DNA of 42,259 nucleotides from assembly GCA_016926835.1 (NCBI GenBank), contig JAFGNX010000038.1, positions 1 to 42,259 of the forward strand, read 5' to 3'. This stretch comes from Candidatus Aminicenantes bacterium. GTDB taxonomy: Bacteria > Acidobacteriota > Aminicenantia > UBA2199. The translations under genes were made by a program, and so were the position numbers. The notes below the pieces were generated by a model that was not told where the DNA came from, ran no database searches, and was given only the letters and a program-made list of their open reading frames with translations. Positions 9,295 through 18,832 of this stretch are shown here, in pieces (the stretch's first letter is position 1; each line of letters opens with the position of its first letter).

Positions 9295-9888
9295 ATGGCC
9301 CGTGACAAAGATTACGATTATATTATCTCGGTTATTGAATACCTGTCTTCCCGGCACGGGATCCGTTTTTCAATCTCCAGCGGAGATTTTGACCTGTTGT
9401 ACAGATGGTGGGAAAAAGGCGTTTCCGCCCGGATCGTAAAATCGGCAATTGACCGGGTTGTTGAGCGGAGGCGGTTGCGACGCCTCGTGGTGACATCATT
9501 TTCACAATTCCGTTACGAGGTCATGAAACAGCACGCGGCCTGGCTGGAACGGGGAGTGGGCGGACCCGCGGTTGCCCGCCCAAATGTTGACCCGGTGCGG
9601 CATTTCATGGACAACTTCCCTGAAGAGCTGCAGACGCTGCGGTCGCGTTTTGAAGCCGCGGCGCAAAAGCGTGGACGTGGAGAAAGAATTGACGAGGAAG
9701 GGTTGCGAAGAGATGTGGTGGCGTTGTTTCGTAAAGACCGCGAACTGAATCTTCGTGTACAGGTGTTTATGGAGAACCTTTCACCGGAATTGCGGCTTGA
9801 ATCCGTTGCACGGGTTTATCGTGCCAATTATCTTTGGAATCGCTTTCATATTCCGGATTTCACACAAAGTGAGGAGAAAAAAGATTGA
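9295..9888 (+). CDS. Hypothetical protein, 197 aa
   Basis: Clean ORF starting 5 nt after coaX. The N-terminal LLYRWWEKGVSARIVKSAIDRVVER resembles the DnaD/DnaB_2-type helical motif, but I cannot confirm this. Confidence 0.5.
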   Translation: MARDKDYDYIISVIEYLSSRHGIRFSISSGDFDLLYRWWEKGVSARIVKSAIDRVVERRRLRRLVVTSFSQFRYEVMKQHAAWLERGVGGPAVARPNVDPVRHFMDNFPEELQTLRSRFEAAAQKRGRGERIDEEGLRRDVVALFRKDRELNLRVQVFMENLSPELRLESVARVYRANYLWNRFHIPDFTQSEEKKD

Positions 9889-10661
9889 ATCCTGGCAACA
9901 CGCGCCTGGATGTGGCCCTGGTCGAGAGGGGATTGGCTCCGTCGCGGGAGAAAGCGCAGGCCATCATCATGGCGGGAGAAGTGCTGCTCAACGGGCAACG
10001 ATGCGATAAGGCCCACCGCAAAGTAAGTGCGGATGATGCCATCGAGGTTCGTGAGAGGTATCCGTTCGTGTCCCGGGGGGCGTACAAACTTGAGCGCGCG
10101 CTGAAAGAATTCGATTTGGACCCAGTGGGAAAAGTCGTACTGGACATCGGGATTTCGAATGGCGGATTCGCTGATCTCATGCTGCAAAAAGGCGCGCGAC
10201 ACGTTGTGGGCGTGGACGTGAATGTGGACCAGGTGGATTGGAAACTGCAATGCGATTCTCGGGTCACCTTGTTGAAGCGCAACGCCCGGTACCTGAAAGA
10301 GAGTGATATCGGAATGTTTCCTGACATCATCACCATGGATCTATCCTTTATATCGGTCAGCAAAGTGGTCGCGCGGATGTCCGTGTGGCCCCAGGCGGTC
10401 ATCCTTTGCCTGATCAAGCCTCAGTTTGAAGCTGAACGACACCGGGTACACAAGGGAGGAGTGATCCGAAGTGAAAGCGAACGTTTCCAGATCCTCTCTC
10501 TTGTGCGTTCACGATTGGAAACCCTCAATTGGTGGGTCACCGGCGTTTGCCCGGCCGGAATCAAAGGCCGGCGCGGCAACCAGGAGTATTTTTTCCGGCT
10601 TGAATATGGAAAACCTCCGGGCGTAGATGCTACAATACTGGCACATGCCGTTTCCACCTGA
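9885..10661 (+). CDS. tlyA: TlyA-family 16S/23S rRNA 2'-O-methyltransferase
   Basis: S4 domain (RLDVALVERGLAPSREKAQAIIMAGEVLLNG) plus an FtsJ-like SAM fold (VLDIGISNGGFADLM). The TTG start overlaps the previous stop (TTGA). Confidence 0.85.
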   Translation: MNPGNTRLDVALVERGLAPSREKAQAIIMAGEVLLNGQRCDKAHRKVSADDAIEVRERYPFVSRGAYKLERALKEFDLDPVGKVVLDIGISNGGFADLMLQKGARHVVGVDVNVDQVDWKLQCDSRVTLLKRNARYLKESDIGMFPDIITMDLSFISVSKVVARMSVWPQAVILCLIKPQFEAERHRVHKGGVIRSESERFQILSLVRSRLETLNWWVTGVCPAGIKGRRGNQEYFFRLEYGKPPGVDATILAHAVST

Positions 10662-11502
10662 TCGAGTTGGCATTATCGCCAAGCCTCACGAAGCCGCGTT
10701 GCCCTACATCCATTCTGCAATCCGGGTTTGTGAAGCACGGGGTGTTTCCGTGAGATTGGGAATCGAGGCTGCCGGTATTCTGGGTTGGGGCGGCGGACTC
10801 GAGCGCAATGATTTGGTAGCTGAATGTGGTTTGATCGTCGTAATCGGCGGGGATGGCACCTTTCTGTCTGTTGCACCGGCGGCTGTAAAACATGGAGTGC
10901 CCATTGCCGGATTCAATCTGGGTACGCTTGGTTTTCTCACGGAACTGGGTACGGATTCGATACAAACCGCGCTGGAAAAACTGCTTTCCAGTGAAATGCG
11001 CGTTTCCGAACGCAAGGTGTTGCGGGTGGAAATAGGGGATAGCCGATATCTGGCGCTGAACGATGTGGTGACTTCAAAAGGGAATATCGCGCGTATTATT
11101 CAACTGGAATTGAAAGTGAATCACTCGCATATTGCCCATATCCGCGCAGACGGCTTGATTATTTCAACTCCCACGGGTTCTACCGCGTATTCCCTTTCAG
11201 CTGGAGGCCCCATTGTCAATCCTGAAGTCAACGCATTGGTAATCACTCCCATCTGCGCCCATTCACTCACCCTGCGTCCGCTGGTGGTTCCCGATGGATT
11301 GCGGTTGACCGTTACCCGGGATGAGAACGAAAGTGAGGTTTTTGTCACCATAGACGGTCAGAAAGTATTGCCCATGAAAGCGGGGCAAGCCATTCATGTG
11401 AGTGTGGATGAAAGACGTCTGAAGATGATTGAATCTCCTGAAATAAATTATTTCCGGCTGCTGTCGGAAAAACTCAACTGGGGGTATCACAAGTGCCATT
11501 GA
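10645..11502 (+). CDS. nadK: NAD kinase
   Basis: GGDGTFL, NLGTLGFL and DGLIISTPTGSTAYSLSAGGPIV are present. The start is ATG 10645 (MPFPPDRVGII) or ATG 10627. TGcTACAAT lies 8 nt upstream of 10645. Confidence 0.88.
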   Translation: MPFPPDRVGIIAKPHEAALPYIHSAIRVCEARGVSVRLGIEAAGILGWGGGLERNDLVAECGLIVVIGGDGTFLSVAPAAVKHGVPIAGFNLGTLGFLTELGTDSIQTALEKLLSSEMRVSERKVLRVEIGDSRYLALNDVVTSKGNIARIIQLELKVNHSHIAHIRADGLIISTPTGSTAYSLSAGGPIVNPEVNALVITPICAHSLTLRPLVVPDGLRLTVTRDENESEVFVTIDGQKVLPMKAGQAIHVSVDERRLKMIESPEINYFRLLSEKLNWGYHKCH

Positions 11503-11584
11503 TGGCGGTTTGTGATCCGTTTTCCGATTGCCCGCAGGAAATCTGGTTTTACCGGGTTGAGCCGCAGCAGGCTTTTCCCTGATT

Positions 11585-11593
11585 TGATATACT
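11585..11593 (+). promoter_or_regulatory. Extended -10 element upstream of the TPR protein gene
   Basis: TGaTATACT at 11585-11593. GGAGAGGAGAAAG acts as a Shine-Dalgarno sequence before ATG 11628. There is no good -35. Confidence 0.35.
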
Positions 11594-11627
11594 GCTGGCA
11601 GACGGCCCGGAGAGGAGAAAGACAGCC

Positions 11628-13907
11628 ATGAAGGGATGGTTTATTTTTGTGTTGTTGCTTTGCTGGATTCCCGCCCAGGTGCAGGCGGCCGAAGAAGACG
11701 ATCTGTTACGGGGGATGGTCTATTTTCTGGCTGACGATCACTCCATGGCACGCCTGTTCGTGGAGAGGCATTTCCGCAATCATCCCAATCCCCAGGTCAG
11801 ACAGGGGTACATGCTGCTGCTGGATGGCAAATCCTGGGACGCTACCCGGCGTTTCAGTTCCTATCTGGAAATCAATCACCGTTCCGCAAAGGCGTTGGTG
11901 GGGATCGGACTGGCGACCCGGAACACAAAAAACAGCAATTCTCAGGAAAATTTTGAGCGGGCTGTCCGGCTTCATCCAAGATTTTTCACGGGTTACATCT
12001 GCCTGGGGAAGCATTATCAAAAAGACCGGAATCATGAACGGGCCCTGGCCAATTACCGCGCCGCGTTAACCGGGTCCAAGGTGGCGGAAGTAAAGATCCT
12101 GCTGGCGGGATTGCACGTGCAGATGGGACGTCCTGACTTGGCGGAAGCGCTGGTTCGTGAAGAAGCCGACGCGCATCCCGATAATTTTCATTTCAATTAC
12201 ATGACCGCACTGGCATTGGTGAATTCAGGCCGAATCGACCCGGCCGGCCGGTACATTCAAACGGCCATCGAGATTCAGCCGGATCACCGGGAACTGGTTA
12301 TCCTGAAGGCCAGGTACCTGTACAGGAAAGAAAAGTTAGCTGAGGCCCGTTCGTTGCTGTCCGGCCTGGATGTGCCCGATTTTCACAAGCAGTATCTCAA
12401 GATCTACTCACGAGTTCTGATCGCTTTGAAGGAAGATCGCCGGGCCCGGCCCATGCTGTACCGGTTGTTCCGTGAATTACCCTGGGACGTGGATGTCAAT
12501 CTCCTGATGGGACAATTCGTGCATGCGTTTGATTCCGGAAATTCGGAACTGCGCACACATTGGATGCGACGCGCCATGCTCGCCGGAGCGAGCCGGGAAG
12601 ATGTTCTAAGCCTGCTTCCCGGCAATCCAGTCAATGATCCGCCTTCCGCCATTCCTTTTTTCAGCGTCCGCGCGATGACATGGCCGACTGCGGATTACCT
12701 GGTTCTGGTTGGAAAGCGGTCAAGCGGGGCATCCGAGCAGCTGTTCGTGGTGGATGCGAAAAAAACACGCGTGGCCGCGACGTTCGGTTATAACGGACAT
12801 TTCCATGGTTTCCACCGATTCATAAAAGGCGGAGGCGTCTTTTTCAGCACCACTCAGATCGGTGGTGACCGCACCTTTCTCTATCAACTGGATCTGGATC
12901 AACGCGGAATCCGTTCCCGCCTGTTGACCCCCGAACCCTTGCCTTTGCCCGCCATTATCCTGGAATCCAACGCGGAGGGAAGCCTGATCTTCGTCACGGA
13001 TTCGCGCCTGGAACAACTTGCATTTTCGTCTCCATTCTCCGTTACCTCACAACTGGGGCATAAAACGCCGCTTTATCCGGAATGTCCATTTCCGGTTTTA
13101 ATGCTTAACCGGCGCCTTGGGCGCTGGACGCAATTGAAATCAGAACAGATGCTGGATGCCGTGCCGATTCCAAGCTGGACCCGCTATCGTCTCGTGCGAC
13201 GTGCCGCCAGGCAAAGCCCGGCGGTGGAAAAGTTGATTCAGCGCGGGATGGAGTTTGATATCTCTTCTCCCGAAATCGTGCGGATCGTGATTTCGCCGGA
13301 TAAACAGACCTTGCTGCTATACCTGGCTGACTTGGAGAACGCTTTCCAGGCTGTGATTTACAACGCATCCACGGGTGATACCGTGCATTGCGATCAGAGT
13401 ATGTTTCTGAGTGGAAAATCTTTTGCCGATGTGGATGTGGCAGGCATTGATCCATACCGCCACCGTATCCTGCTGGTGACGCGGGACAAGGATCGTGAAG
13501 CCATTCTTTTTCAATACCATTCACGGTTATATGTCAGCCTGGGCAAAGGCGTTCTGGACACCCGGATTGTTCCCGGATGGCGCCGTCTTTATCTCTTGAG
13601 GGAAATGGGCAACCGCATGCATGCCGTTGAAACCCGCCTGGATAGCGTCAATATCCGGCCTTTCTTGGTCAGAAACCTGACGCCGCGCGGCAACCTGACC
13701 CGACTGGTCGGCGCAAACGCGCAGGGAGAGGTTGAAGCCTGCACATATGACGGAGAGCGTGTGCGTATTTGCGCACAAGATAACGCTCAGGTGGAGTATC
13801 TGGGCGTCAGCTTGGAGGGAGCCTTGCATCTATTTTCTCCGGACCGCAGGTTCCGGGCCGCGTTTATCAACGGCCGCCTGATTCTGCTTCCATTCACGGG
13901 CGGTTAG
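11628..13907 (+). CDS. Secreted TPR-repeat protein with a large uncharacterised C-terminal domain (759 aa)
   Basis: Signal peptide MKGWFIFVLLLCWIPAQVQAAEE. TPR-like helical repeats span about aa 30-330. The C-terminal ~430 aa look beta-rich and have no motif I recognise. Confidence 0.6.
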   Translation: MKGWFIFVLLLCWIPAQVQAAEEDDLLRGMVYFLADDHSMARLFVERHFRNHPNPQVRQGYMLLLDGKSWDATRRFSSYLEINHRSAKALVGIGLATRNTKNSNSQENFERAVRLHPRFFTGYICLGKHYQKDRNHERALANYRAALTGSKVAEVKILLAGLHVQMGRPDLAEALVREEADAHPDNFHFNYMTALALVNSGRIDPAGRYIQTAIEIQPDHRELVILKARYLYRKEKLAEARSLLSGLDVPDFHKQYLKIYSRVLIALKEDRRARPMLYRLFRELPWDVDVNLLMGQFVHAFDSGNSELRTHWMRRAMLAGASREDVLSLLPGNPVNDPPSAIPFFSVRAMTWPTADYLVLVGKRSSGASEQLFVVDAKKTRVAATFGYNGHFHGFHRFIKGGGVFFSTTQIGGDRTFLYQLDLDQRGIRSRLLTPEPLPLPAIILESNAEGSLIFVTDSRLEQLAFSSPFSVTSQLGHKTPLYPECPFPVLMLNRRLGRWTQLKSEQMLDAVPIPSWTRYRLVRRAARQSPAVEKLIQRGMEFDISSPEIVRIVISPDKQTLLLYLADLENAFQAVIYNASTGDTVHCDQSMFLSGKSFADVDVAGIDPYRHRILLVTRDKDREAILFQYHSRLYVSLGKGVLDTRIVPGWRRLYLLREMGNRMHAVETRLDSVNIRPFLVRNLTPRGNLTRLVGANAQGEVEACTYDGERVRICAQDNAQVEYLGVSLEGALHLFSPDRRFRAAFINGRLILLPFTGG

Positions 13908-13911
13908 CGGT

Positions 13912-14454
13912 ATGTCGATTCCCCAACCGTTTCCATTGGTGAAACCTTTCTGCGGAATGATATTTTCGCAGAGTTTTTACCGGGACCAGGCCCTGAAACG
14001 CATGGAAGCGGAATTGTCACCCTCAGATCACGAATCCGAAAGCGTACCTTTTCACTACACCGACTACTACGCAGCCGAAATGGGATCATCGCTTTTCCGT
14101 TGTTTTGTGGCGTTTACCGATCTCATGGATCCGCAATTTCTGCCGCGGTTCAAACATATCACCCTTGAACTGGAACAGCAGTTCTCTGAAAAGGGAAAAC
14201 GGAAAATCAACCTGGACCCGGGTTATCTTTCCCTTTCATCAATGGTGATCGCTACAGCGAAAAACCACTGCCATCGCATTCCCTTGAGCGCCGGTGTGTA
14301 TGCTCACCTGGAATACGTGGTTCGAAACGGTCGTCTGCAACCGCTGGAATGGACCTACCCGGATTTTCGGTCTCCGGAATACATGGCGTTTTTCAATACC
14401 TTGCGCATGGATCTGAAAAAGCAATTGCGGCGGCACGCGGCTGATGGCGGCTGA
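13912..14454 (+). CDS. DUF4416-family protein
   Basis: 180 aa. FHYTDYYAAEMG...RKINLDPGYLS matches my recollection of the DUF4416 signature. It starts 4 nt after the TPR gene stop. Confidence 0.55.
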   Translation: MSIPQPFPLVKPFCGMIFSQSFYRDQALKRMEAELSPSDHESESVPFHYTDYYAAEMGSSLFRCFVAFTDLMDPQFLPRFKHITLELEQQFSEKGKRKINLDPGYLSLSSMVIATAKNHCHRIPLSAGVYAHLEYVVRNGRLQPLEWTYPDFRSPEYMAFFNTLRMDLKKQLRRHAADGG

Positions 14455-14463
14455 TGGGGCGGA

Positions 14464-14493
14464 TTGACACCCGGTAATTCCCCATGGTAATGT
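14464..14493 (+). promoter_or_regulatory. pyrR-pyrB-pyrC promoter
   Basis: TTGACA (14464-14469), an 18-nt spacer ending in TGg, then TAATGT (14488-14493). GAAAGGAG Shine-Dalgarno lies 5 nt before ATG 14528. Confidence 0.45.
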
Positions 14494-14527
14494 TGAGCTG
14501 ATTGTGCAGCGAGTGAAAGGAGTCTAA

Positions 14528-15079
14528 ATGGAGGAAAAAACCAAGGCAAAAATCATGGATTCCAGGAAGATGGAACGCGCCTTTGCGCGCATGTCCATGG
14601 AAATCCTGGAACGCAACCGGGATGCCGGCAGTCTGGCACTGATCGGAATTCAGACCAAGGGGGTCTTTGTGGCCCGGAGAATTCGTGCACAGATACAGGC
14701 CCTTGAAAAAGTCGAGTTGCCGTTGGGCATTCTGGACATCACGCTTTTCCGTGATGACCTGCATCTGCAGGAGCATCATCCAAAGGTTGAAAAAACCGAA
14801 ATCGATTTTTCAGTGGAAAACCGTCATATCGTGTTGATCGATGATGTGGTCTTTACCGGCCGCACCATTCGCGCGGCCATGGATTCCATATTTGAATTGG
14901 GGCGCCCCGCCAGTATTCAATTGGCGGTTTTTATCGACCGCGGACACCGGGAACTGCCGATTTGTCCGGATTTCAAAGGCAAATACCTGCCAACGGCTCG
15001 AAGAGAGCGCGTCAACGTCATGCTGAAAGAAGTAGACGGCTCGGACCAGGTGCTGATCATGGAACCCACGAGGTTTTAA
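14528..15079 (+). CDS. pyrR: Bifunctional pyrimidine operon regulator / uracil phosphoribosyltransferase
   Basis: 183 aa with the PRPP-binding motif VLIDDVVFTGRTIRAAMD. The stop overlaps the pyrB ATG (TAATG). Confidence 0.9.
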   Translation: MEEKTKAKIMDSRKMERAFARMSMEILERNRDAGSLALIGIQTKGVFVARRIRAQIQALEKVELPLGILDITLFRDDLHLQEHHPKVEKTEIDFSVENRHIVLIDDVVFTGRTIRAAMDSIFELGRPASIQLAVFIDRGHRELPICPDFKGKYLPTARRERVNVMLKEVDGSDQVLIMEPTRF

Positions 15080-16023
15080 TGGAAACCAGCGGATTCAACC
15101 AACGCCATCTGCTTGGCATCGATCATTTGAGCGCTTCCGAAATCGATCTCATTCTGGATACGGCTGATTCTTTTGTAGAGGTGTCTACGCGCAATATCAA
15201 GAAAGTGCCGGCCCTGAAAGGCCGAACCGTGGTCAATCTCTTTTTTGAGAACTCAACGCGTACGCGCAGTTCCTTTGAAATCGCGGCCAAACGCCTCAGC
15301 GCGGACCTGATCAACTTCAACTCGTCTGTTTCCAGTTTAAAGAAAGGAGAATCGCTTAAGGACACGGTGCTTACTCTGGAAGCAATGAACCCCCATATTA
15401 TCGTGATCCGTCACAGCGCCGCGGGCGCACCCAGATATTTAACCACATTCGCCCGTTCCTGCATTGTAAATGCCGGCGACGGTTTTCACGAACATCCTAC
15501 TCAGGCCTTACTGGACGCCTTGACCATCCGTCAACGCTTCGGGAAGCTGCGGGGACTCAAGATCGCTGTCGTGGGCGATATTCTTCACTCCCGCGTAGCC
15601 CGTTCCAACCTGATCCTGCATCAGAAAATGGGCAACCCGGTCAATTTGGTGGGCCCTCCCAGCCTGGTTCCTCTCGAGTTTGAGCGCATGGGGGCCAGGG
15701 TATTTTACGATCTGAAAGCCGGCGTAAAAGACGTAGACATCGTTATGATGTTGCGGGTCCAGGAAGAACGCGGAGCCGGAAACTACTTTCCCTCAATCCG
15801 TGAATACCGGCGCTTGTTTGAAATAAATGCCGAAGTGTTCGCCACGGCGGCTCCCGATGCCATTATCATGCATCCGGGACCTTTGAACCGTGACGTGGAA
15901 ATCGAAACGTCTCTGGCCGACTCGGATCGTTCCGTTATCCTACAGCAGGTAAACAACGGCATTGCCGTACGTATGGCCGTATTGTATCTGCTCAAGGGAG
16001 AATCCAATGAAGCTGCTCATTAA
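15079..16023 (+). CDS. pyrB: Aspartate carbamoyltransferase catalytic subunit
   Basis: FFENSTRTRSSFE, HEHPTQALLD and MHPGPLNRDVEI are present. The start is at METSGFNQRHLL. Confidence 0.92.
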   Translation: METSGFNQRHLLGIDHLSASEIDLILDTADSFVEVSTRNIKKVPALKGRTVVNLFFENSTRTRSSFEIAAKRLSADLINFNSSVSSLKKGESLKDTVLTLEAMNPHIIVIRHSAAGAPRYLTTFARSCIVNAGDGFHEHPTQALLDALTIRQRFGKLRGLKIAVVGDILHSRVARSNLILHQKMGNPVNLVGPPSLVPLEFERMGARVFYDLKAGVKDVDIVMMLRVQEERGAGNYFPSIREYRRLFEINAEVFATAAPDAIIMHPGPLNRDVEIETSLADSDRSVILQQVNNGIAVRMAVLYLLKGESNEAAH

Positions 16024-17293
16024 GAACGGGAGACTGGTCGATCCCCATAGCCGCGTGGATGACACAGTGGATATCCAAATCGATGGTTCAGTAATCCAGA
16101 ACATCCAGCCGCGGCTTGAACCCGAAAAGGGTTGTCGTGTGATCGATGCCGCCGGACTGGTTGTCTGTCCGGGATTCGTCGACATGCATGTGCATCTGCG
16201 GGAACCGGGAAACGAAAACAAGGAAACCATTCAATCCGGAGTGGAAGCCGCTGTTCACGGCGGGTTTACCTCTGTGGCCTGTATGCCCAATACGAAACCG
16301 GTGAATGACAACCGGTCCGTGACCGAGTACATCATTGCCCGGGCTCGAAAGTGCGGTTTGGCCAACGTTTTTCCCGTGGCCGCCATTTCTATGGGATTGG
16401 AAGGAAAAAACATCACGGAGATGGCGGACCTGGCCGCCGGGGGGGCAGTAGGCTTTTCCGATGACGGTCGCTGTGTCATGAGTGCCGACCTGATCCGCAA
16501 GGCATTGGAATACTGTCGCATGCTGGATCTTCCCATAATCGAGCATCCGGAAGATCACTCCATTTCCGGTGAAGGTCTGGTTAACGAAGGCTTGATTTCC
16601 TACAAGTACGGCATGAGAGGAATTCTCAATGCCGCGGAAGAGGTGATCGTAGCCCGGGACATCATCCTTCAGGATCGCATCCGCTCACGCCTGCACCTCA
16701 CCCATATTTCAACGTCTCGAGCCGTGGAGCTGATTCGCGATGCCAAAAGCAACGGAATTCCGGTTACGGCGGATGCCACTCCGCACCACCTGTTGCTCAA
16801 CGAAGAAAAAATTACCACTTATGACACGGTTTACAAGGTGAAGCCGCCGCTGCGCACGGAAGCGGATCGACTGGGACTGGTGGAAGGGGTGCGGGACGGT
16901 ACCATCGATTGCATTGCCTCGGATCATGCTCCCCATACGCGGGACGAAAAAGACAAAGAGTTTGAATATGCTCCATTCGGCGCAATCGGACTTGAATCAA
17001 CGGTTTCCGTGATCTATGACCGCCTGGTGCGTACCCGGATTATCTCGTTGAACCGCATGGTAGAGTTGATGAGTACCAACCCGGCCCGGATTCTGAACCT
17101 GAAGGACCGGGGGCAAGTGACCCGTGGAAAACCGGCGGACCTGACGGTGCTGGATCTGAATCGTCGTTTTTCCATCCATGAGGCGGCCTTCCGTTCCAAG
17201 GCCAATAACTGTCCTTTTCTCAAATGGGAGGGTATGGGTAAAGTAGCCTTTACCATTGTGGGCGGAAAAGTGGTTTACGCATCCGGGGATTGA
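16007..17293 (+). CDS. pyrC: Dihydroorotase
   Basis: MKLLIKNGRLVDP, PGFVDMHVHLREPG and the C-terminal ASDHAPH are present. It overlaps the pyrB end by 17 nt. Confidence 0.9.
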   Translation: MKLLIKNGRLVDPHSRVDDTVDIQIDGSVIQNIQPRLEPEKGCRVIDAAGLVVCPGFVDMHVHLREPGNENKETIQSGVEAAVHGGFTSVACMPNTKPVNDNRSVTEYIIARARKCGLANVFPVAAISMGLEGKNITEMADLAAGGAVGFSDDGRCVMSADLIRKALEYCRMLDLPIIEHPEDHSISGEGLVNEGLISYKYGMRGILNAAEEVIVARDIILQDRIRSRLHLTHISTSRAVELIRDAKSNGIPVTADATPHHLLLNEEKITTYDTVYKVKPPLRTEADRLGLVEGVRDGTIDCIASDHAPHTRDEKDKEFEYAPFGAIGLESTVSVIYDRLVRTRIISLNRMVELMSTNPARILNLKDRGQVTRGKPADLTVLDLNRRFSIHEAAFRSKANNCPFLKWEGMGKVAFTIVGGKVVYASGD

Positions 17294-18675
17294 AACGAAG
17301 CCAGGGGCCAGATCCCTTCCACGTGAATTTTCAACAGCCGGGTATGCGAACGAGGTGCAGCGTGAACGGCCGGGGCGTTGCCTGGCAGCCAGAACGGGAT
17401 GTCCGACGCATCACACAATAGCGGACGTAGCGGGCGCAATGCCGCGGGGAGGCCGGCGGCCCTGAGCATTTCGAACACCTGCTGGGAAAATTCGCTTCCC
17501 TGTTTGCGATAGCGGTCCGTACTGCGTGCCGGGCGTACCCGCAGGGGGAAACGCAGTTTTTCGGGATTGATCGTTACCCGGAAATATGGCGAAATATCGG
17601 CGTTCCCGTCATCGGCTGTTTCCGTCCGGCAGGTAGAAACGTGTACCCGCGCTGAAATCTCCGGGATCAGGCAGACACCATCGGTGGAAAGCACGTGACT
17701 GTAAGCAGGGACTGAAAAGTTTCTTGGAAACAGGAATTGTTTTTGCCGGGTCAGTGTGATTCCGGGAAGGCTCAAATGACGCCTGGACGGGTTTGACGGC
17801 ATGAGCGCCTCGATGTGTGACAAAGAGATCTCGAGTAAATCACCGCGCAATCGCCGCAGGTATTCCCGCAACACATGGCGCTGCACCGCCGGGTGAAGTG
17901 AATCCAGGGCGCCTGGAGGCAGGATTTTTCCCAAAAGTGAAATGCGGTTGAGGATTCGCTGCGCGTGTGCAACAAACCAGTCGGCTTCATCTCTGAAAAT
18001 GCGGGTGGTGTCAAGGATGCGTTGATCCATATGCGGAAACTGATTCCTCAGCATGGGCAGAATTTGGTGACGAAGACGGTTGCGAAGCAGGGCGAGATCC
18101 CGATTGGAGGGATCCTCGTAGTGAGGAAGGCGCCGGCGTTTGAGAAAAGCGAGAATGTCCGCTTCAGAAAAAATGGCCAGGGGGCGTAGAATGCGTTTTT
18201 CCCGTACCGGAAGAATGCCTGCCAGCCCCGCCCCGCCACTTCCCCGCATCAGGCGCATAAAGAATGTTTCTACTTGGTCGGAAAGGGTGTGGCCGGTGGC
18301 CAGCCAGTTTGTGGGTGAGAGATTGATCAGGCGGGAAAAAAAGGCATAACGCATATGGGAGGCGGCTGCCTCCAGATTGATTCCCTTACGGCCGCTCAGT
18401 TCACCCGTGCCGGCTGAATCCGAAGTCAGGGGAATGGACCGCTCCAGACAAAAGTCAGAAACCCAACGGGCTTCACTGGAGGCATCTTCGCGGATACCGT
18501 GGTTCAGGTAGGCCGCTTTCAGCCTGAAATTCAGTTCATTCTCCAGGGCTGACAAAAGAATCAGCAATGTCACCGAATCCTTTCCTCCGGAGAATGCGGA
18601 GAATATCGTGGTTCCCTGGATATCGGGAATGAGTTGAAGCAACCGGTCCCGAAAGGGCGGAAGGAGAATGTCCAT
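17275..18675 (-). CDS. tilS: tRNA(Ile)-lysidine synthetase
   Basis: PP-loop SGGKDS sits about 30 aa from MDILLPPF. The ORF-track start at 18720 lies inside the tRNA gene, so ATG 18675 is preferred. The 3' end overlaps pyrC convergently by 19 nt. Confidence 0.85.
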   Translation of the reverse strand: MDILLPPFRDRLLQLIPDIQGTTIFSAFSGGKDSVTLLILLSALENELNFRLKAAYLNHGIREDASSEARWVSDFCLERSIPLTSDSAGTGELSGRKGINLEAAASHMRYAFFSRLINLSPTNWLATGHTLSDQVETFFMRLMRGSGGAGLAGILPVREKRILRPLAIFSEADILAFLKRRRLPHYEDPSNRDLALLRNRLRHQILPMLRNQFPHMDQRILDTTRIFRDEADWFVAHAQRILNRISLLGKILPPGALDSLHPAVQRHVLREYLRRLRGDLLEISLSHIEALMPSNPSRRHLSLPGITLTRQKQFLFPRNFSVPAYSHVLSTDGVCLIPEISARVHVSTCRTETADDGNADISPYFRVTINPEKLRFPLRVRPARSTDRYRKQGSEFSQQVFEMLRAAGLPAALRPLRPLLCDASDIPFWLPGNAPAVHAAPRSHTRLLKIHVEGIWPLASFQSPDA

Positions 18676-18690
18676 GTTAAGCGGTCGGAA

Positions 18691-18763
18691 TAGCGGTGGA
18701 GGGACTTGAACCCCCGACATATCGGATATGAGCCGACTGCTCTACCGGCTGAGCTACACCGCC
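18691..18763 (-). tRNA. tRNA with anticodon CAT (elongator Met or lysidine-dependent Ile2); no encoded CCA
   Basis: The reverse complement folds as a 73-nt cloverleaf. Order: GGCGGTG / TA / GCTC-AGCCGGTA-GAGC / A / GTCGG-CTCATAT-CCGAT / ATGTC / GGGGG-TTCAAGT-CCCTC / CACCGCT / A. Confidence 0.85.
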
Positions 18764-18773
18764 ATTCAACCGC

Positions 18774-18802
18774 ATTGTACCCCAAAACCGCCGATGAATC
18801 AA
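18774..18802 (-). promoter_or_regulatory. Promoter of the tRNA(CAT)-tilS unit
   Basis: Minus strand: TTGATT (18802-18797), a 17-nt spacer, TACAAT (18779-18774), then 10 nt to the mature tRNA 5' end. Confidence 0.45.
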
Positions 18803-18813
18803 TAGGACGGCGG
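18784..18813 (-). terminator. Possible terminator after the ferritin gene
   Basis: CCGCCG / CGGCGG 6-bp stem followed by TTTT on the minus strand. The 14-nt loop is large, so the hairpin is weak. Confidence 0.3.
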
Positions 18814-18832
18814 AGTCAGGTGATGACCGGAA

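Noticed and set aside
10639-10654. Sigma-54-like TGGCAC element
   Set aside because: The -12 element is missing: the sequence reads TGGCAC-atgcc-GTTTC rather than TTGC. The site lies within coding sequence.
14494-14527. PyrR-binding attenuator in the pyr leader
   Set aside because: The predicted leader is only about 28 nt. It lacks the conserved PyrR binding loop (UCCAGAGAGG) and any terminator/antiterminator pair.
18676-18785. N-terminal extension of the tilS ORF (to 18720) and a 71-aa ORF (18570-18785)
   Set aside because: Both run through a well-folded tRNA gene. The TilS PP-loop spacing fits the internal ATG at 18675.
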